NCBI GenBank assembly: GCA_019118605.1
Contig: DWYP01000018.1
Coordinates: 1,102-65,101, forward strand
Direction of reading: 5' to 3'
Origin: Candidatus Alistipes faecavium
GTDB taxonomy: Bacteria; Bacteroidota; Bacteroidia; Bacteroidales; Rikenellaceae
Length of the DNA: 64,000 nucleotides
A program made the translations under genes and the position numbers. The notes under the pieces were generated by a model. That model saw nothing but the letters and a program-made list of their open reading frames with translations, was not told the DNA's origin and searched no databases. This document shows positions 53,498 through 62,601 of this stretch, in pieces (the first letter of the stretch is position 1; each line of letters begins with the position of its first letter).

Positions 53498-54448
53498 TTA
53501 TTCCGGTCTTTGCGGAATGCGTGCCCCCGACATATTCTCTTCCTCCTTGAGCCGTATGGCCTCCTCGAGCGACACCCACTCCAGGATGTTGTAGTAGTTG
53601 CCTACGGCGCCCACCATGTTGCCCATGTCCTTGAGGTAGACATAGAGCCAGATGGTGGCGTAACGCTGGCAGGTGTTGTAATAGGAGTCGTAGTAGGGGC
53701 TCACGGTACCCAGGATCTTGTCGTCGGCATTGATCTGTCCGAAAACCGTCTGCTCGTCGCTCAGCACCTGATCTTCATCCATCTCCACGAGCGGTTCGGC
53801 CGGATCGTCCGTATTCAGCCGCATCGTCACGTCGTATCCGTCATAGAGGAAGTCGCGCAGGATGATCGTGTTCGGCTCCGTGGGGTGCTTCTCGGTGAGG
53901 ATCAGCCGCTGATAGCTCGTATCCAGGGCGCTGGGGTAGTCGTAGAGCAGCAGCGAGGTCACCACGCACCATCCGGTGAAGGTCTCCGGGTCGTACGGAC
54001 ATCCTTTGTAAAGAACGACTTTCGTCTTGTCGTAATCGGTATAGAGATTGCTCCAGTTCAACTGATCGGGCATCACCAGCTTGAGGATGAATCCCAGCGA
54101 ATCGGTGTCCTGGATATGATCGTAGCTGCCTGCCACCTCGACATTGGCGGTTCGTTCCCCGGCCTTGATGGTGATCGTGTTGGAGCGCAGGCGGTAGTGA
54201 TATCCCTCGATGGCCGTGCTTCCCTTGTCGATCACCTCGACGCCGATCGTACGGTCGTAGTCGCACGCCACGGTCGAGGCGATCGGAATGTTGAAATAGG
54301 CCTCGTCCTGGAATACCATGTTGGTCGACATCGTGTCGGCGAACAGAATGTATTCCGCGTCGGAATAGGTCTTTTCGTCCGAGTTACAACCCGTTGCGAG
54401 GATTCCCGTGAATCCGGCCGCAAGCAGGAATGTGGTAATTCGTCTCAT
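53498..54448 (-). CDS. DUF4843-like lipoprotein
   Basis: Lipobox ILATGC. Lies immediately after susD, as DUF4843 genes usually do. Carries DRTIGVEVIDKGSTAIEGYHYRL. The family name needs an HMM check. Confidence 0.72.
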   Translation of the reverse strand: MRRITTFLLAAGFTGILATGCNSDEKTYSDAEYILFADTMSTNMVFQDEAYFNIPIASTVACDYDRTIGVEVIDKGSTAIEGYHYRLRSNTITIKAGERTANVEVAGSYDHIQDTDSLGFILKLVMPDQLNWSNLYTDYDKTKVVLYKGCPYDPETFTGWCVVTSLLLYDYPSALDTSYQRLILTEKHPTEPNTIILRDFLYDGYDVTMRLNTDDPAEPLVEMDEDQVLSDEQTVFGQINADDKILGTVSPYYDSYYNTCQRYATIWLYVYLKDMGNMVGAVGNYYNILEWVSLEEAIRLKEEENMSGARIPQRPE

Positions 54449-54475
54449 GGTTTGTATCTGTTAATCCTTGTTTCG

Positions 54476-55987
54476 TTAGTTGTTGCTTTCGTTGGGCTCG
54501 ATTTCCGAACCGGGGGCTTCCAGTTCGTGGCGCGGGATGGGCCATACGAAGCGCGGGTCGTCGGCCTCGATCTTGAGCGAGCTGCCCTCGGGAAGCGAGC
54601 ACGACTGGGGCGTGCGTTCGAATCCCATGTGCCAGCGCTTGAGGTCGTTGAGACGGAATCCCTCCATGTAGAGCTCGCGGACGCGCTCCTCGGAGATCGT
54701 CTCCTTCCAGTTGCTCTGGCTGACGGTGACGGCTCCGGCGCCGCCGCTGAAGCGCTTCGTGCGCAGGGCGGTGAGGTCCTTGCTGGCCGCCGAGTAGTTC
54801 GGCGTCGGGAGGTTGCAGTAGGCCTCGGCGCGGATCAGGTACTGCTCGGCCAGGCGGAACAGCTTGGGCATCGACACCATGTAGATGTTCGCCGAGGAGA
54901 TGAAGTTCCGGTTTCCGAAATACTTGATCAGAAGGGGCCATGTCAGGCCGTTGGCATATCCCGTCGTGTACTGGTAGAAATAGGCGTTGTAGCGCAGGTC
55001 GTTGGAGGTGTAGGAGTTGAGCACCCACTCTGCCGGAACGTAGTCGGGATAGGTGTAGGTATAGTCGCGGTTCGAGTTGAGGAACACCTGCCCGAGGGCG
55101 CCTCCGTAGGAGGTCGTCGTGAAGCCGATCTTCCAGATGATCTCGAAGCTCGAGTCATAGTTCCACATGTAGGTGAGGTAGGTGTCGGTCTCCGAATAGT
55201 TGACCGTGCCGTCGGCGAGCTTGAAGACATCGTTCTCGATGACCTTCGTCGCATAGTCGATGGCCGTCTGCCAGTCCTGCATGTAGAGCGCCACGCGGGC
55301 ATGCAGCGCCTGGGCGGCGGCCGCGGTGGCGTAGATCGTATTGTACTGGTCGTAGTCGTTGTCGAGCAGCGATTCGGCCATCTTCAGGTCGTCGAGGACG
55401 AACTGGTAGGAGGCCTTGAGCGAGGCGCGTTTCATGGGTTCGGGCTCGGAATACTTCGAGCGCAGCACCACGCCGAGTTCCTTGTCGGCCGTTTCGGGAT
55501 CGTAGGCCTTGCAGAAGCACTCGAGGAGTTTCGAGTAGCAGAGTGCGCGGACCGTGTAGATCTCGCCGGTGTACATGTCGAGGTAGTCGATGTTGTCGAC
55601 GTCGGTCTCCTGGGCCTTCACCTGGTCGACGCGCTCGAGGAAGAAGTTGCATCGTCCGATGATGGCGTAGAGTCCGGCATAGACGGATTCTACGTCGGTG
55701 TCGGTGGAGAGGATGTTCCAGAGCCAGGCGGGACCGTATGTATTCGAGAAGTCCTCGACGGCATAGGCCAGGTCGGCCTGGATGTCGGGCATGACGGTGA
55801 GGGTCCCGCTGAAGAGCGAGCTGCTTTTCAGTCCGGCATAGATTCCGGTCAGGATCTGTTCCGCGTCTTCGAAGGTCTGCATGGCCTCGCCTTCGGGGAT
55901 GGCCGATTCGGGCAGTTTGTCGAGACACGACGAGGTCGCGCCTACCAGCAGCATTGCGGCGATAAGGGTTTTTATATTTCGTAACAT
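54476..55987 (-). CDS. susD: SusD/RagB family outer-membrane lipoprotein
   Basis: MLRNIKTLIAAMLLVGATSSCLDKLPESAI, helical SusD-like body, C-terminal RWHMGFERT...WPIPRHELE. The track start at 55999 is TTG, so I prefer the ATG at 55987. Confidence 0.9.
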   Translation of the reverse strand: MLRNIKTLIAAMLLVGATSSCLDKLPESAIPEGEAMQTFEDAEQILTGIYAGLKSSSLFSGTLTVMPDIQADLAYAVEDFSNTYGPAWLWNILSTDTDVESVYAGLYAIIGRCNFFLERVDQVKAQETDVDNIDYLDMYTGEIYTVRALCYSKLLECFCKAYDPETADKELGVVLRSKYSEPEPMKRASLKASYQFVLDDLKMAESLLDNDYDQYNTIYATAAAAQALHARVALYMQDWQTAIDYATKVIENDVFKLADGTVNYSETDTYLTYMWNYDSSFEIIWKIGFTTTSYGGALGQVFLNSNRDYTYTYPDYVPAEWVLNSYTSNDLRYNAYFYQYTTGYANGLTWPLLIKYFGNRNFISSANIYMVSMPKLFRLAEQYLIRAEAYCNLPTPNYSAASKDLTALRTKRFSGGAGAVTVSQSNWKETISEERVRELYMEGFRLNDLKRWHMGFERTPQSCSLPEGSSLKIEADDPRFVWPIPRHELEAPGSEIEPNESNN

Positions 55988-56004
55988 GGTTGTCGTCAAT
56001 CGTT

Positions 56005-58953
56005 TTAGAACATGAGGTCGAGGCCGAAGGTGAATTGCCGCGACATGGGGTACTGGGCCTGGTACATGTTGCCCACGCCTTCGGGGTCGAGACCCGAGAA
56101 CTTGGTGAACGTCAGCAGGTTCTGCGCCTGGGCATAGATTTTCAGGCCGCTGATGAACCGGGTCTTGCGGATCAGTTCCTCGGGGAATGTGTAGCTGATC
56201 ATGAGGTTCTTCAGACGCAGGAAGGAGGCATCTTCGAGCAGCCGGTCGTCGAATTCGGTATAGACGCCGTGGCGGGGGATGTCGGTGTTGTCACCGGGCT
56301 GTTTCCAGCGGTCGAGCAGGCGTCGCGACTGGTTGTAGGTGCTGAACCGGCCGTTCGATTCGTCGAAGTAGTGGTCGTTGTTCATCATCCAGCGGTCGGC
56401 GACCCAGGAGAACTGCGCCGAGAGGGAGATTCCCTTCCAGGCGAGGGTCGTCCCGAAGCCTCCGGCCCAGGGGGCGTTCATGCTTTTCCCGACGAGGACC
56501 TTGTCTTCGTCGCGCATTTCGGTGGTTATTTCGCCGTCCTTGGTGTACCAGAGGGCGTCGCCGTTGGCGGGGTTCACGCCGGCGAAGCGGTTGACGTAGA
56601 ACTCTCCGGAGTCGTGTCCGACGACGAGTTTCATCGACGTGGCGGCCATTTCATACTCCTGTACGCCGTTGTAGAGCTCGACGATCTTGTTTTTGTTGTA
56701 GGAGACGTTTGCGTTGAGCGACCACATGAAGCCCTTGGTTGCGACGACCGTACCGGAGAGGTTGATTTCGGCGCCGCGGTTGACCATCACGCCGATGTTG
56801 TCCCAATAGTATCCGTAACCCTTGTAGGCGTAGGACTGGGGCACCTGCATGAGCATGTCGGTGGTGCGTTTGTTGTAGAGTTCGAGGTCGACGTTGAGCC
56901 GGTTCCAGAATCCGAGGTGGAAGGCGAGGTTCGTGGTCCAGAGCTTCTCCCACCCGAGGTCCTCGCTGGCGGGCTGGCTGGGGGCCATACCGGCATTGCC
57001 GTAGTAGTCGAGGCCTCCGCTCACGAGGGCCAGGTGCACGTAGTTGTTCGGTACGGAGGAGTTGCCCGAGGTACCGGTGCTGACGGCGATCTGGGCGTTG
57101 GTGAGCCAGCGCCGTGCCCCCTCCATGAAACCTTCGTTGCGGAGGTTCCACATGAAGCCCAGGGACCAGAATCCGGCCCAGCGGCGGTTGGCGCCGAAGC
57201 GCGACGAGGCGTCGGCACGGATCGAGAAGTCGGCATAGTAGCGGTCGTCGTAGTTGTACTCGCCACGCCCGAAGAACGAGAGGTAGGCATAGTCGTTGTC
57301 GGTGGTGTCGAGCCACGACGAGGTGCGGGTACCGGAGGAGATATTGACGAGTTTGTCGTTGTTCTGGCCTTCGGTGAGGATCGAGAAGTCCTCGTAGTGG
57401 TAGTCGAGGCCCTCCTGGCCGAGGAGGAAGTTGAAGGCGTGCTTGCCGTTTACGCGGAACTGGTAGTTCAGGGTATTGGTGACCGAGAGCGTGAGGCCGT
57501 CGGTGGACATGCGCTGGGCGCTTCCTTCGCCGAGGTTGGGGGCATAGCTCGGGGTGGAGGAGCCGAACCCGGTCATGTGGGTGTAGTCGACGTTGAACTG
57601 CGACTTGAAGGTCAGGCCGTCGATGATGGTCGCTTCGGCGAAGAGGCTCGACACGAGTTTGTATTTCTTGTATTCGCGGCGGTTGTTTTCGAGCCATTCG
57701 ATGGGGTTCTGCCCGTCTCCGAGCCAGGAGCCGTCATTTACCGAAGCGAGCGATCCGTCGGGACGATACGGGTTCCAGTAGGGGAGCATGAAGCGGGCCG
57801 CGGAGATCGGGGTGACGAGCCTGTATTCGCCGTCGTCGGCCTGCTCGATGTTCTGGTAGTTGAGCATGGTGTTGGTCCCGATCTTGAGCCACTTTGCGGC
57901 GCGCTGTTCGATGTTGGCGCGGATGGAGTATCGGTCGAAGTCCGATCCCAGGGCGATACCCTCCTGGCTGTAATATCCTCCCGAGACGTAATAGTTGGTC
58001 TTCTCGGTGGCTCCCGACACGGAAACCTCGTAGTTCTGAAGCATGGCGGCGTTGTTGTACACCTCGTCGAGCCAGCAGATGTCGGTCTTGCTCAGCAGGT
58101 CGTAGTCCTTGCCGGTCGTCAGGCCGATCTCCTTTTCATACTGGATGCGCTCGGCGGTGTTCATCAGGTCCCAGTTTCCCTTTGCCAGCTGCGAGAAACC
58201 CAGTTGCATGCGGTATGTGATGTTGGGTTTCGAGGCCATCTGTCCGCGCTTGGTGGTGATTACCACCACGCCGTTTGCGGCGCGGGCTCCGTAGATCGAG
58301 GTCGACGAGGCGTCCTTGAGCACCGAGATCGACTCGATGTCGGCGGGGTTGATGGCGTTGAAGTCGGCGCTGGAGATCGCCACGCCGTCGAGGATGAAGA
58401 GCGGGGCGGTTCCGGAGTTGATCGAGTTGGTGCCTCGGATGCTGAGGGTGGCGGCCACGCTGGGCTCACCCGAGCTGGAGAGGACCGTCAGGCCGGGGAC
58501 CTGACCCTGGAGGGCCTGATCGAAGGCTGCCGTGGGGGTGCTTTCGATCTTTTCGGCCTTCACGGTCGAGACGGACCCTGCGATGGTACCCTTTTTGCGG
58601 ACGCCGTAGGCGATGACCACCACGTCGTCGAGGGCCTGTGCTTCGGGCTGGAGTTCGACGTCGTGGGTTACGGTGGAGGCGCCGTCGGGCACGGTGAATT
58701 CTACGACTTGATAACCGATGTAATGATAGGTTAGGGTAGTGCCGGGAGTTACGGCGATGACATACGACCCGTCGACGAGTGTACTGACGCCGCTGTTGTT
58801 CCCGGAAATCACATGTACGCCGATCAGAGGTTGTTTATCCTCTGCGGATGTGACGACTCCGCTGACCGTGACGGTTCCCCCCCCCTGAGCAAGGGCAGGT
58901 AGAGAACACATCAGGAAAGCGAATTTCAGGAGTAGAAATTTAGTTTTTTGCAT
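56005..58953 (-). CDS. susC: SusC/RagA TonB-linked outer-membrane transporter (no STN domain)
   Basis: 982 aa. Signal peptide, carboxypeptidase-regulatory-like domain, TonB box DDVVVIAYG, plug (IESISVLKDASSTSIYGARAANGVVVITTKRG), barrel, ends FGLDLMF. Confidence 0.93.
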   Translation of the reverse strand: MQKTKFLLLKFAFLMCSLPALAQGGGTVTVSGVVTSAEDKQPLIGVHVISGNNSGVSTLVDGSYVIAVTPGTTLTYHYIGYQVVEFTVPDGASTVTHDVELQPEAQALDDVVVIAYGVRKKGTIAGSVSTVKAEKIESTPTAAFDQALQGQVPGLTVLSSSGEPSVAATLSIRGTNSINSGTAPLFILDGVAISSADFNAINPADIESISVLKDASSTSIYGARAANGVVVITTKRGQMASKPNITYRMQLGFSQLAKGNWDLMNTAERIQYEKEIGLTTGKDYDLLSKTDICWLDEVYNNAAMLQNYEVSVSGATEKTNYYVSGGYYSQEGIALGSDFDRYSIRANIEQRAAKWLKIGTNTMLNYQNIEQADDGEYRLVTPISAARFMLPYWNPYRPDGSLASVNDGSWLGDGQNPIEWLENNRREYKKYKLVSSLFAEATIIDGLTFKSQFNVDYTHMTGFGSSTPSYAPNLGEGSAQRMSTDGLTLSVTNTLNYQFRVNGKHAFNFLLGQEGLDYHYEDFSILTEGQNNDKLVNISSGTRTSSWLDTTDNDYAYLSFFGRGEYNYDDRYYADFSIRADASSRFGANRRWAGFWSLGFMWNLRNEGFMEGARRWLTNAQIAVSTGTSGNSSVPNNYVHLALVSGGLDYYGNAGMAPSQPASEDLGWEKLWTTNLAFHLGFWNRLNVDLELYNKRTTDMLMQVPQSYAYKGYGYYWDNIGVMVNRGAEINLSGTVVATKGFMWSLNANVSYNKNKIVELYNGVQEYEMAATSMKLVVGHDSGEFYVNRFAGVNPANGDALWYTKDGEITTEMRDEDKVLVGKSMNAPWAGGFGTTLAWKGISLSAQFSWVADRWMMNNDHYFDESNGRFSTYNQSRRLLDRWKQPGDNTDIPRHGVYTEFDDRLLEDASFLRLKNLMISYTFPEELIRKTRFISGLKIYAQAQNLLTFTKFSGLDPEGVGNMYQAQYPMSRQFTFGLDLMF
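58877..58885 (-). repeat. homopolymeric G9 tract inside the susC coding sequence
   Basis: Nine consecutive C on the + strand, so G9 on the sense strand, at CDS nt 69-77 (codons Q23-G26, ...LALAQGGGT...). Confidence 0.95.
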
Positions 58954-59633
58954 AGTGAAATTACTTTCTGACGCTGCAAAAGAAGGGATTTTCCATGATT
59001 AAAACAAGCCCGGTTTTGTGCCGGAATGTAAGCGGTTCGGAGGATATCCGCGGCTCGGGGGTGTTTTTTAAATTATTTAAGATGTTGATTTGTAGAGTAT
59101 TGGTATATTTGTTACGAATTGTAATCACGATGGGGTCAAAAAAGTAAAAAAAGTTCGCCGAAAAGGCCATTTTGGGCGTCGAACTGTTATGTTTTTTCGA
59201 CTCCGGAGGCCGGAGACCGGACTGGAAGGAGCCGGAAACGACTGCCGGACGAAGGAGACCCGGAAGGGGCTTTGAAGTGCGGAAATCGGCCTTGTAAGGC
59301 CATATAATGCCGATTTCGGGCTTTTGTGCCCTGCTTTGGCCCCGTTTGCAAGGTTCTGCTATTGAACTTTTTCGGCGTGATTTGTCGGGGAAGTGTCGAA
59401 TGGAAATATTATGTGTTTCGAAACTTACAGATTGTAAGCATATGGCATTTCGATGCTATCAAAATGGAAATTTCAGGGCCTTCGGAACTCTTCCGGAATG
59501 CCCGGCTTGCCGACCGTTTTGAAAACTTTTTGGAGGGGTTTCGTTTTCAACTTCGATGGGGACATCCGAACCCGCTCCGCCCATCGCAAAACCTCCGCCC
59601 GCTCTTGGCTCCTGTTCCCCGAAAAGGAGGCCC

Positions 59634-59676
59634 CTTCCGATCCTGCCTCCCTTCCGATCCTGCCTTCCGATCCGGC
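59634..59676. repeat. three tandem CTTCCGATCC(T/G)GC units
   Basis: Units at 59634, 59651 and 59664. They are followed by the inverted repeat CGGCTCCGG...CCGGAGCCG, which encloses a C9 run (59682-59690). Confidence 0.8.
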
Positions 59677-59733
59677 TCCGGCCCCCCCCCGATCCGGCCC
59701 CGGAGCCGCTCTCCGACCGCTCCTCCCGGCACC

Positions 59734-60327
59734 TCAGCGGAGCAGCCCGGCTTCGTAGTAGACCACGATCTGCTCGATGATGCGATCCTCCCCCTCCCGG
59801 TCGTACTCCGACTTGAGATCCTGCCCGAAGATCTTCGACACCCCCTGCCAGAATCCCGCGATGAACCCGCCCCGGAACTCCCGCAGCACTTCGTAGGCCG
59901 TGTATTGCGTTTCGCGGTCGATGAGCTTCAGCAGCACCTTGCCCTGTGTGCGGGTCATGCGCTTCAGTACGGGCGTATATTCGGCCTTGATCTCGTCGTA
60001 GACCTTGCGGATGTGGGCTTTCTGCTCCTTCTTCGTCGGCAGGTGTGCGAGCTCCGTCTCCAGGGCGCGGAGCTTGTCGCGGGCGATCTGGGCGATGGGG
60101 TAGACCTTGATCACCGCGTCGACCAGCCTCCGGTAGCGGCGCAGGTCGGCCGGGCGGCTGAAGACATAGACCGGAAGAATGTGCACCAGCGGCGTGGAGT
60201 CGCCCTGCTCGACCGTCCACTCCTGGTGCATGAACCCGCGTCCTCCCTGTGCCCGGGCGCAGGGCGCCGCGAGGAGGAGCAGCAGCGTCGGCAGCAGCAG
60301 ACGGCGGATGTTTCGCAAAGGTCGCAT
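59734..60327 (-). CDS. DUF4294 domain protein, secreted
   Basis: 197 aa starting MRPLRNIRRLLLPTLLLLLAAPCARA. Carries LPVYVFSRP, KVYPIAQIA, TRTQGKVLLKLIDRETQYTAYEVLREFRGGF and FGQDLKSEYD. ATG confirmed at 60327. Confidence 0.8.
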   Translation of the reverse strand: MRPLRNIRRLLLPTLLLLLAAPCARAQGGRGFMHQEWTVEQGDSTPLVHILPVYVFSRPADLRRYRRLVDAVIKVYPIAQIARDKLRALETELAHLPTKKEQKAHIRKVYDEIKAEYTPVLKRMTRTQGKVLLKLIDRETQYTAYEVLREFRGGFIAGFWQGVSKIFGQDLKSEYDREGEDRIIEQIVVYYEAGLLR

Positions 60328-60530
60328 GTGCAAATGTACGTTTTTTTCTCGGGCCGCGGTCCATGCCTTTTCCCGAAAAACGCCGCTGCCGGAAGGAATA
60401 TTGTGGTCGGGGCCCGATTTCGCAATGTGCCCGGAAAAGATTATCTTTGCGCCGCCGGGGCGGAGGTGTGTCGTAAACCGCCGGAAGGCGGACGCCGGCG
60501 GCAACTGATAAACCAAAAAAAGAGGAAACG

Positions 60531-60905
60531 ATGCTTGAAAAAGGACTTTCGGCCAGCAGCGAGACGACAGTCTGCGAACAGAATACGGCCGCAGTGATGG
60601 GTTCGGGCGATCTGCCCGTATTTGCCACCCCCGCGATGGTGGCGCTGATGGAGCATGCCGCGATGAAGGCCGTGGCGGCGCACCTTCCCGAGGGGTCGAC
60701 GACGGTCGGCGCCGAGATGAATGTCTCGCATATCAAACCCTCGGCATTGGGAACGGTCGTCACCGCCACGGCGGTGCTGACCGAGGCCGAGGGGCGCAGG
60801 CTGGTCTTCAACGTCGGGGCCCGCGATGCCGAGGGGCTGATCGGCGAAGGGGTGCACGTGCGCTACGTTGTCGACCGGGAGCGGTTCATGGGCAAACTCC
60901 GCTGA
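60531..60905 (+). CDS. hotdog-fold thioesterase family protein
   Basis: 124 aa. Carries MGSGDLPVFATPAMVALMEHAA...GAEMNVSHIKPSALG...EAEGRRLVF, a single hotdog pattern. Confidence 0.78.
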   Translation: MLEKGLSASSETTVCEQNTAAVMGSGDLPVFATPAMVALMEHAAMKAVAAHLPEGSTTVGAEMNVSHIKPSALGTVVTATAVLTEAEGRRLVFNVGARDAEGLIGEGVHVRYVVDRERFMGKLR

Positions 60906-60982
60906 GCGGCGGAACCCCGTTGCGAAGAGGCAGCGCGAAGGAATTCCTTCGCGCCGCCTCGTTTCCGTATCGGGGCAGCCCG

Positions 60983-62332
60983 TCAGAGCACCGTAAAGAT
61001 GAGGTGCTCGAGGTAGATGACGGCGATTCCCGCGACGTATCCGGCCAGGGCAAGCAGCGTGATGCGCTTGAGGTACCATGCGAAGTTGATCTTCTCGAGG
61101 CCCATCGCCACGACGCCGGCGGCCGAACCGATGATGAGCATGCTTCCGCCGACACCTGCGCAGTAGGTGAGCAGATGCCAGAACAGCCCGTCCTGCACGA
61201 ATGCCTGCGTGAAGGCCGGGTCGACGCTTGCGGCGACCGCCGCCGTGTCGGCTACGGGGTACATGCCCATGCAGGCAGCGACCAGCGGAACGTTGTCGAC
61301 CACCGACGAGAGGACGCCGATCGAGCCGGCGATGGTGAAGACCTCATGAATGTTCCTGTCGAGCCAGTCGGCCATGTGGGTGAGGATCCCGGCGGTCTGG
61401 AGCGCTCCGACGGCCATCAGGATGCCGAGGAAGAAGAGGATCGTCGGCATGTCGATGTGCTTGAGGACCTTCGAGATGCGGGGCTGTATCGACTCCTCGA
61501 GGTTGCGCAGGTTGCGTTTGCGGTAGAAGATCAGTTCCGAGAGGATCCACATCACGCCGAGGGAGATCATCATGCCCATGTAGGGAGGGAGTCCGGTGAT
61601 GCCTTTGAATACCGGGACGAAGAGCAGGCTCAGGATGCCGACCACGAGCATGAACTTGCGCAGCCGCGGGCCGATGCCCTGGGGGTATCCCGTGGTGAGC
61701 TGCTCGGAGGAGACCGGCTCGGCGTCGTTGTCGTGGACGAAGCGGCAGGCAATGGCCGTGGGGATGATGACCGAGACCAGACACGGGAGGATGAGGTTCG
61801 CGACGAGGTTGGCGGCCGTGACGTTTCCGCGCATCCAGAGCATGATGGTCGTCACGTCGCCGATGGGCGACCATGCGCCGCCGCTGTTCGCGGCGATGAC
61901 GATCACCCCGGCGAAGAGCCACCGCTCGGACTTGTCGGCGATCAGGCGCCGCAGGAGCATGACCATGATGATCGTGGTGGTCATGTTGTCGAGGACCGCC
62001 GACATGAAGAAGGTGATCGTCGAGAGGAGCCAGAGGAGTTTGTGTTTGTTGCGTGTGGTGATCTGGTCGGTGATGACTCCGAAACCTCCGTAGGAGTCGA
62101 TCAGGTCGACGATGGTCATGGCCCCGATCAGGAATACGAGGATTTCGCAGGTGTCTCCGAGGTTGTCGATCAGTTCGTGCTGGATGTGGGGGTCGTTGCC
62201 CAGCAGGCTGAAGACGGTCCAGATCGCCCCGGCCATCAGCAGGGCGATGGCGGTCTTGTCGATCTTTGTCTTGTGCTCGAGGGCGATGAATACGTAGCCC
62301 ACGACGAAGAGCAGAATCATGGATGTGATCAT
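60983..62332 (-). CDS. nhaD: NhaD-type Na+/H+ antiporter (ArsB/NhaD permease superfamily)
   Basis: 449 aa polytopic protein starting MITSMILLFVVGYVFIALEHKTKIDKTAIALL, with SAVLDNMTTT and SSVVDNVPLV repeated motifs. Confidence 0.85.
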   Translation of the reverse strand: MITSMILLFVVGYVFIALEHKTKIDKTAIALLMAGAIWTVFSLLGNDPHIQHELIDNLGDTCEILVFLIGAMTIVDLIDSYGGFGVITDQITTRNKHKLLWLLSTITFFMSAVLDNMTTTIIMVMLLRRLIADKSERWLFAGVIVIAANSGGAWSPIGDVTTIMLWMRGNVTAANLVANLILPCLVSVIIPTAIACRFVHDNDAEPVSSEQLTTGYPQGIGPRLRKFMLVVGILSLLFVPVFKGITGLPPYMGMMISLGVMWILSELIFYRKRNLRNLEESIQPRISKVLKHIDMPTILFFLGILMAVGALQTAGILTHMADWLDRNIHEVFTIAGSIGVLSSVVDNVPLVAACMGMYPVADTAAVAASVDPAFTQAFVQDGLFWHLLTYCAGVGGSMLIIGSAAGVVAMGLEKINFAWYLKRITLLALAGYVAGIAVIYLEHLIFTVL

Positions 62333-62433
62333 AACAAGTTCTGTTTGCGTTTGACGGTAAATTTAACAACGGGGACGGAAGGCCCCGTATTGCATAATTT
62401 CGGCGTGCGGATTGTAATTTGTAAAATTTTCGT

Positions 62434-62441
62434 TATCTTTG
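62434..62441 (+). promoter_or_regulatory. candidate -7 box (TATCTTTG) for tRNA-Gln
   Basis: TAnnTTTG match ending 22 nt before tRNA position 1. Confidence 0.4.
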
Positions 62442-62463
62442 CCAGCGCTTTCGAGCGCATGTT

Positions 62464-62534
62464 TGAGCTGTGGTGTAATGGTAACACAGCAGATTTTGGT
62501 TCTGTCGTTCTGGGTTCGAATCCCGGCAGCTCAA
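62464..62534 (+). tRNA. tRNA-Gln (anticodon UUG)
   Basis: Manual fold. Acceptor TGAGCTG/CAGCTCA with the U1:A72 typical of bacterial tRNA-Gln. D arm GTGT/ACAC. Anticodon arm GCAGA-TTTTGGT-TCTGT. T arm CTGGG-TTCGAAT-CCCGG. Discriminator is A. No encoded CCA. Confidence 0.9.
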
Positions 62535-62578
62535 CACGACGAGGGTGGCCCATCCGGATGGGTCACCCTCGTTCGTGT
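62534..62578. terminator. long near-perfect palindrome after the tRNA (bidirectional terminator)
   Basis: ACACGACGAGGGTG + GCCCATC pairs with GATGGGT + CACCCTCGTTCGTGT, about 20 bp with one bulge. Lies between the tRNA (+) and a minus-strand gene. Confidence 0.6.
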
Positions 62579-62601
62579 TAGGTCTCGCGCACATTGTTCA
62601 A

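Noticed and set aside
59326-60597. 423-aa plus-strand ORF, plus smaller ORFs at 59307-59522 and 59453-59758
   Set aside because: The downstream half is antisense to the DUF4294 gene. The upstream half crosses the repeat-rich spacer and has low-complexity Pro/Arg/Ser content. No family signature is present.
62333-62600. tRNA-Gln considered as an integration hotspot flanking a mobile element
   Set aside because: No integrase, transposase or direct repeat of the tRNA 3' end was seen on either side. The neighbouring genes are ordinary housekeeping genes.
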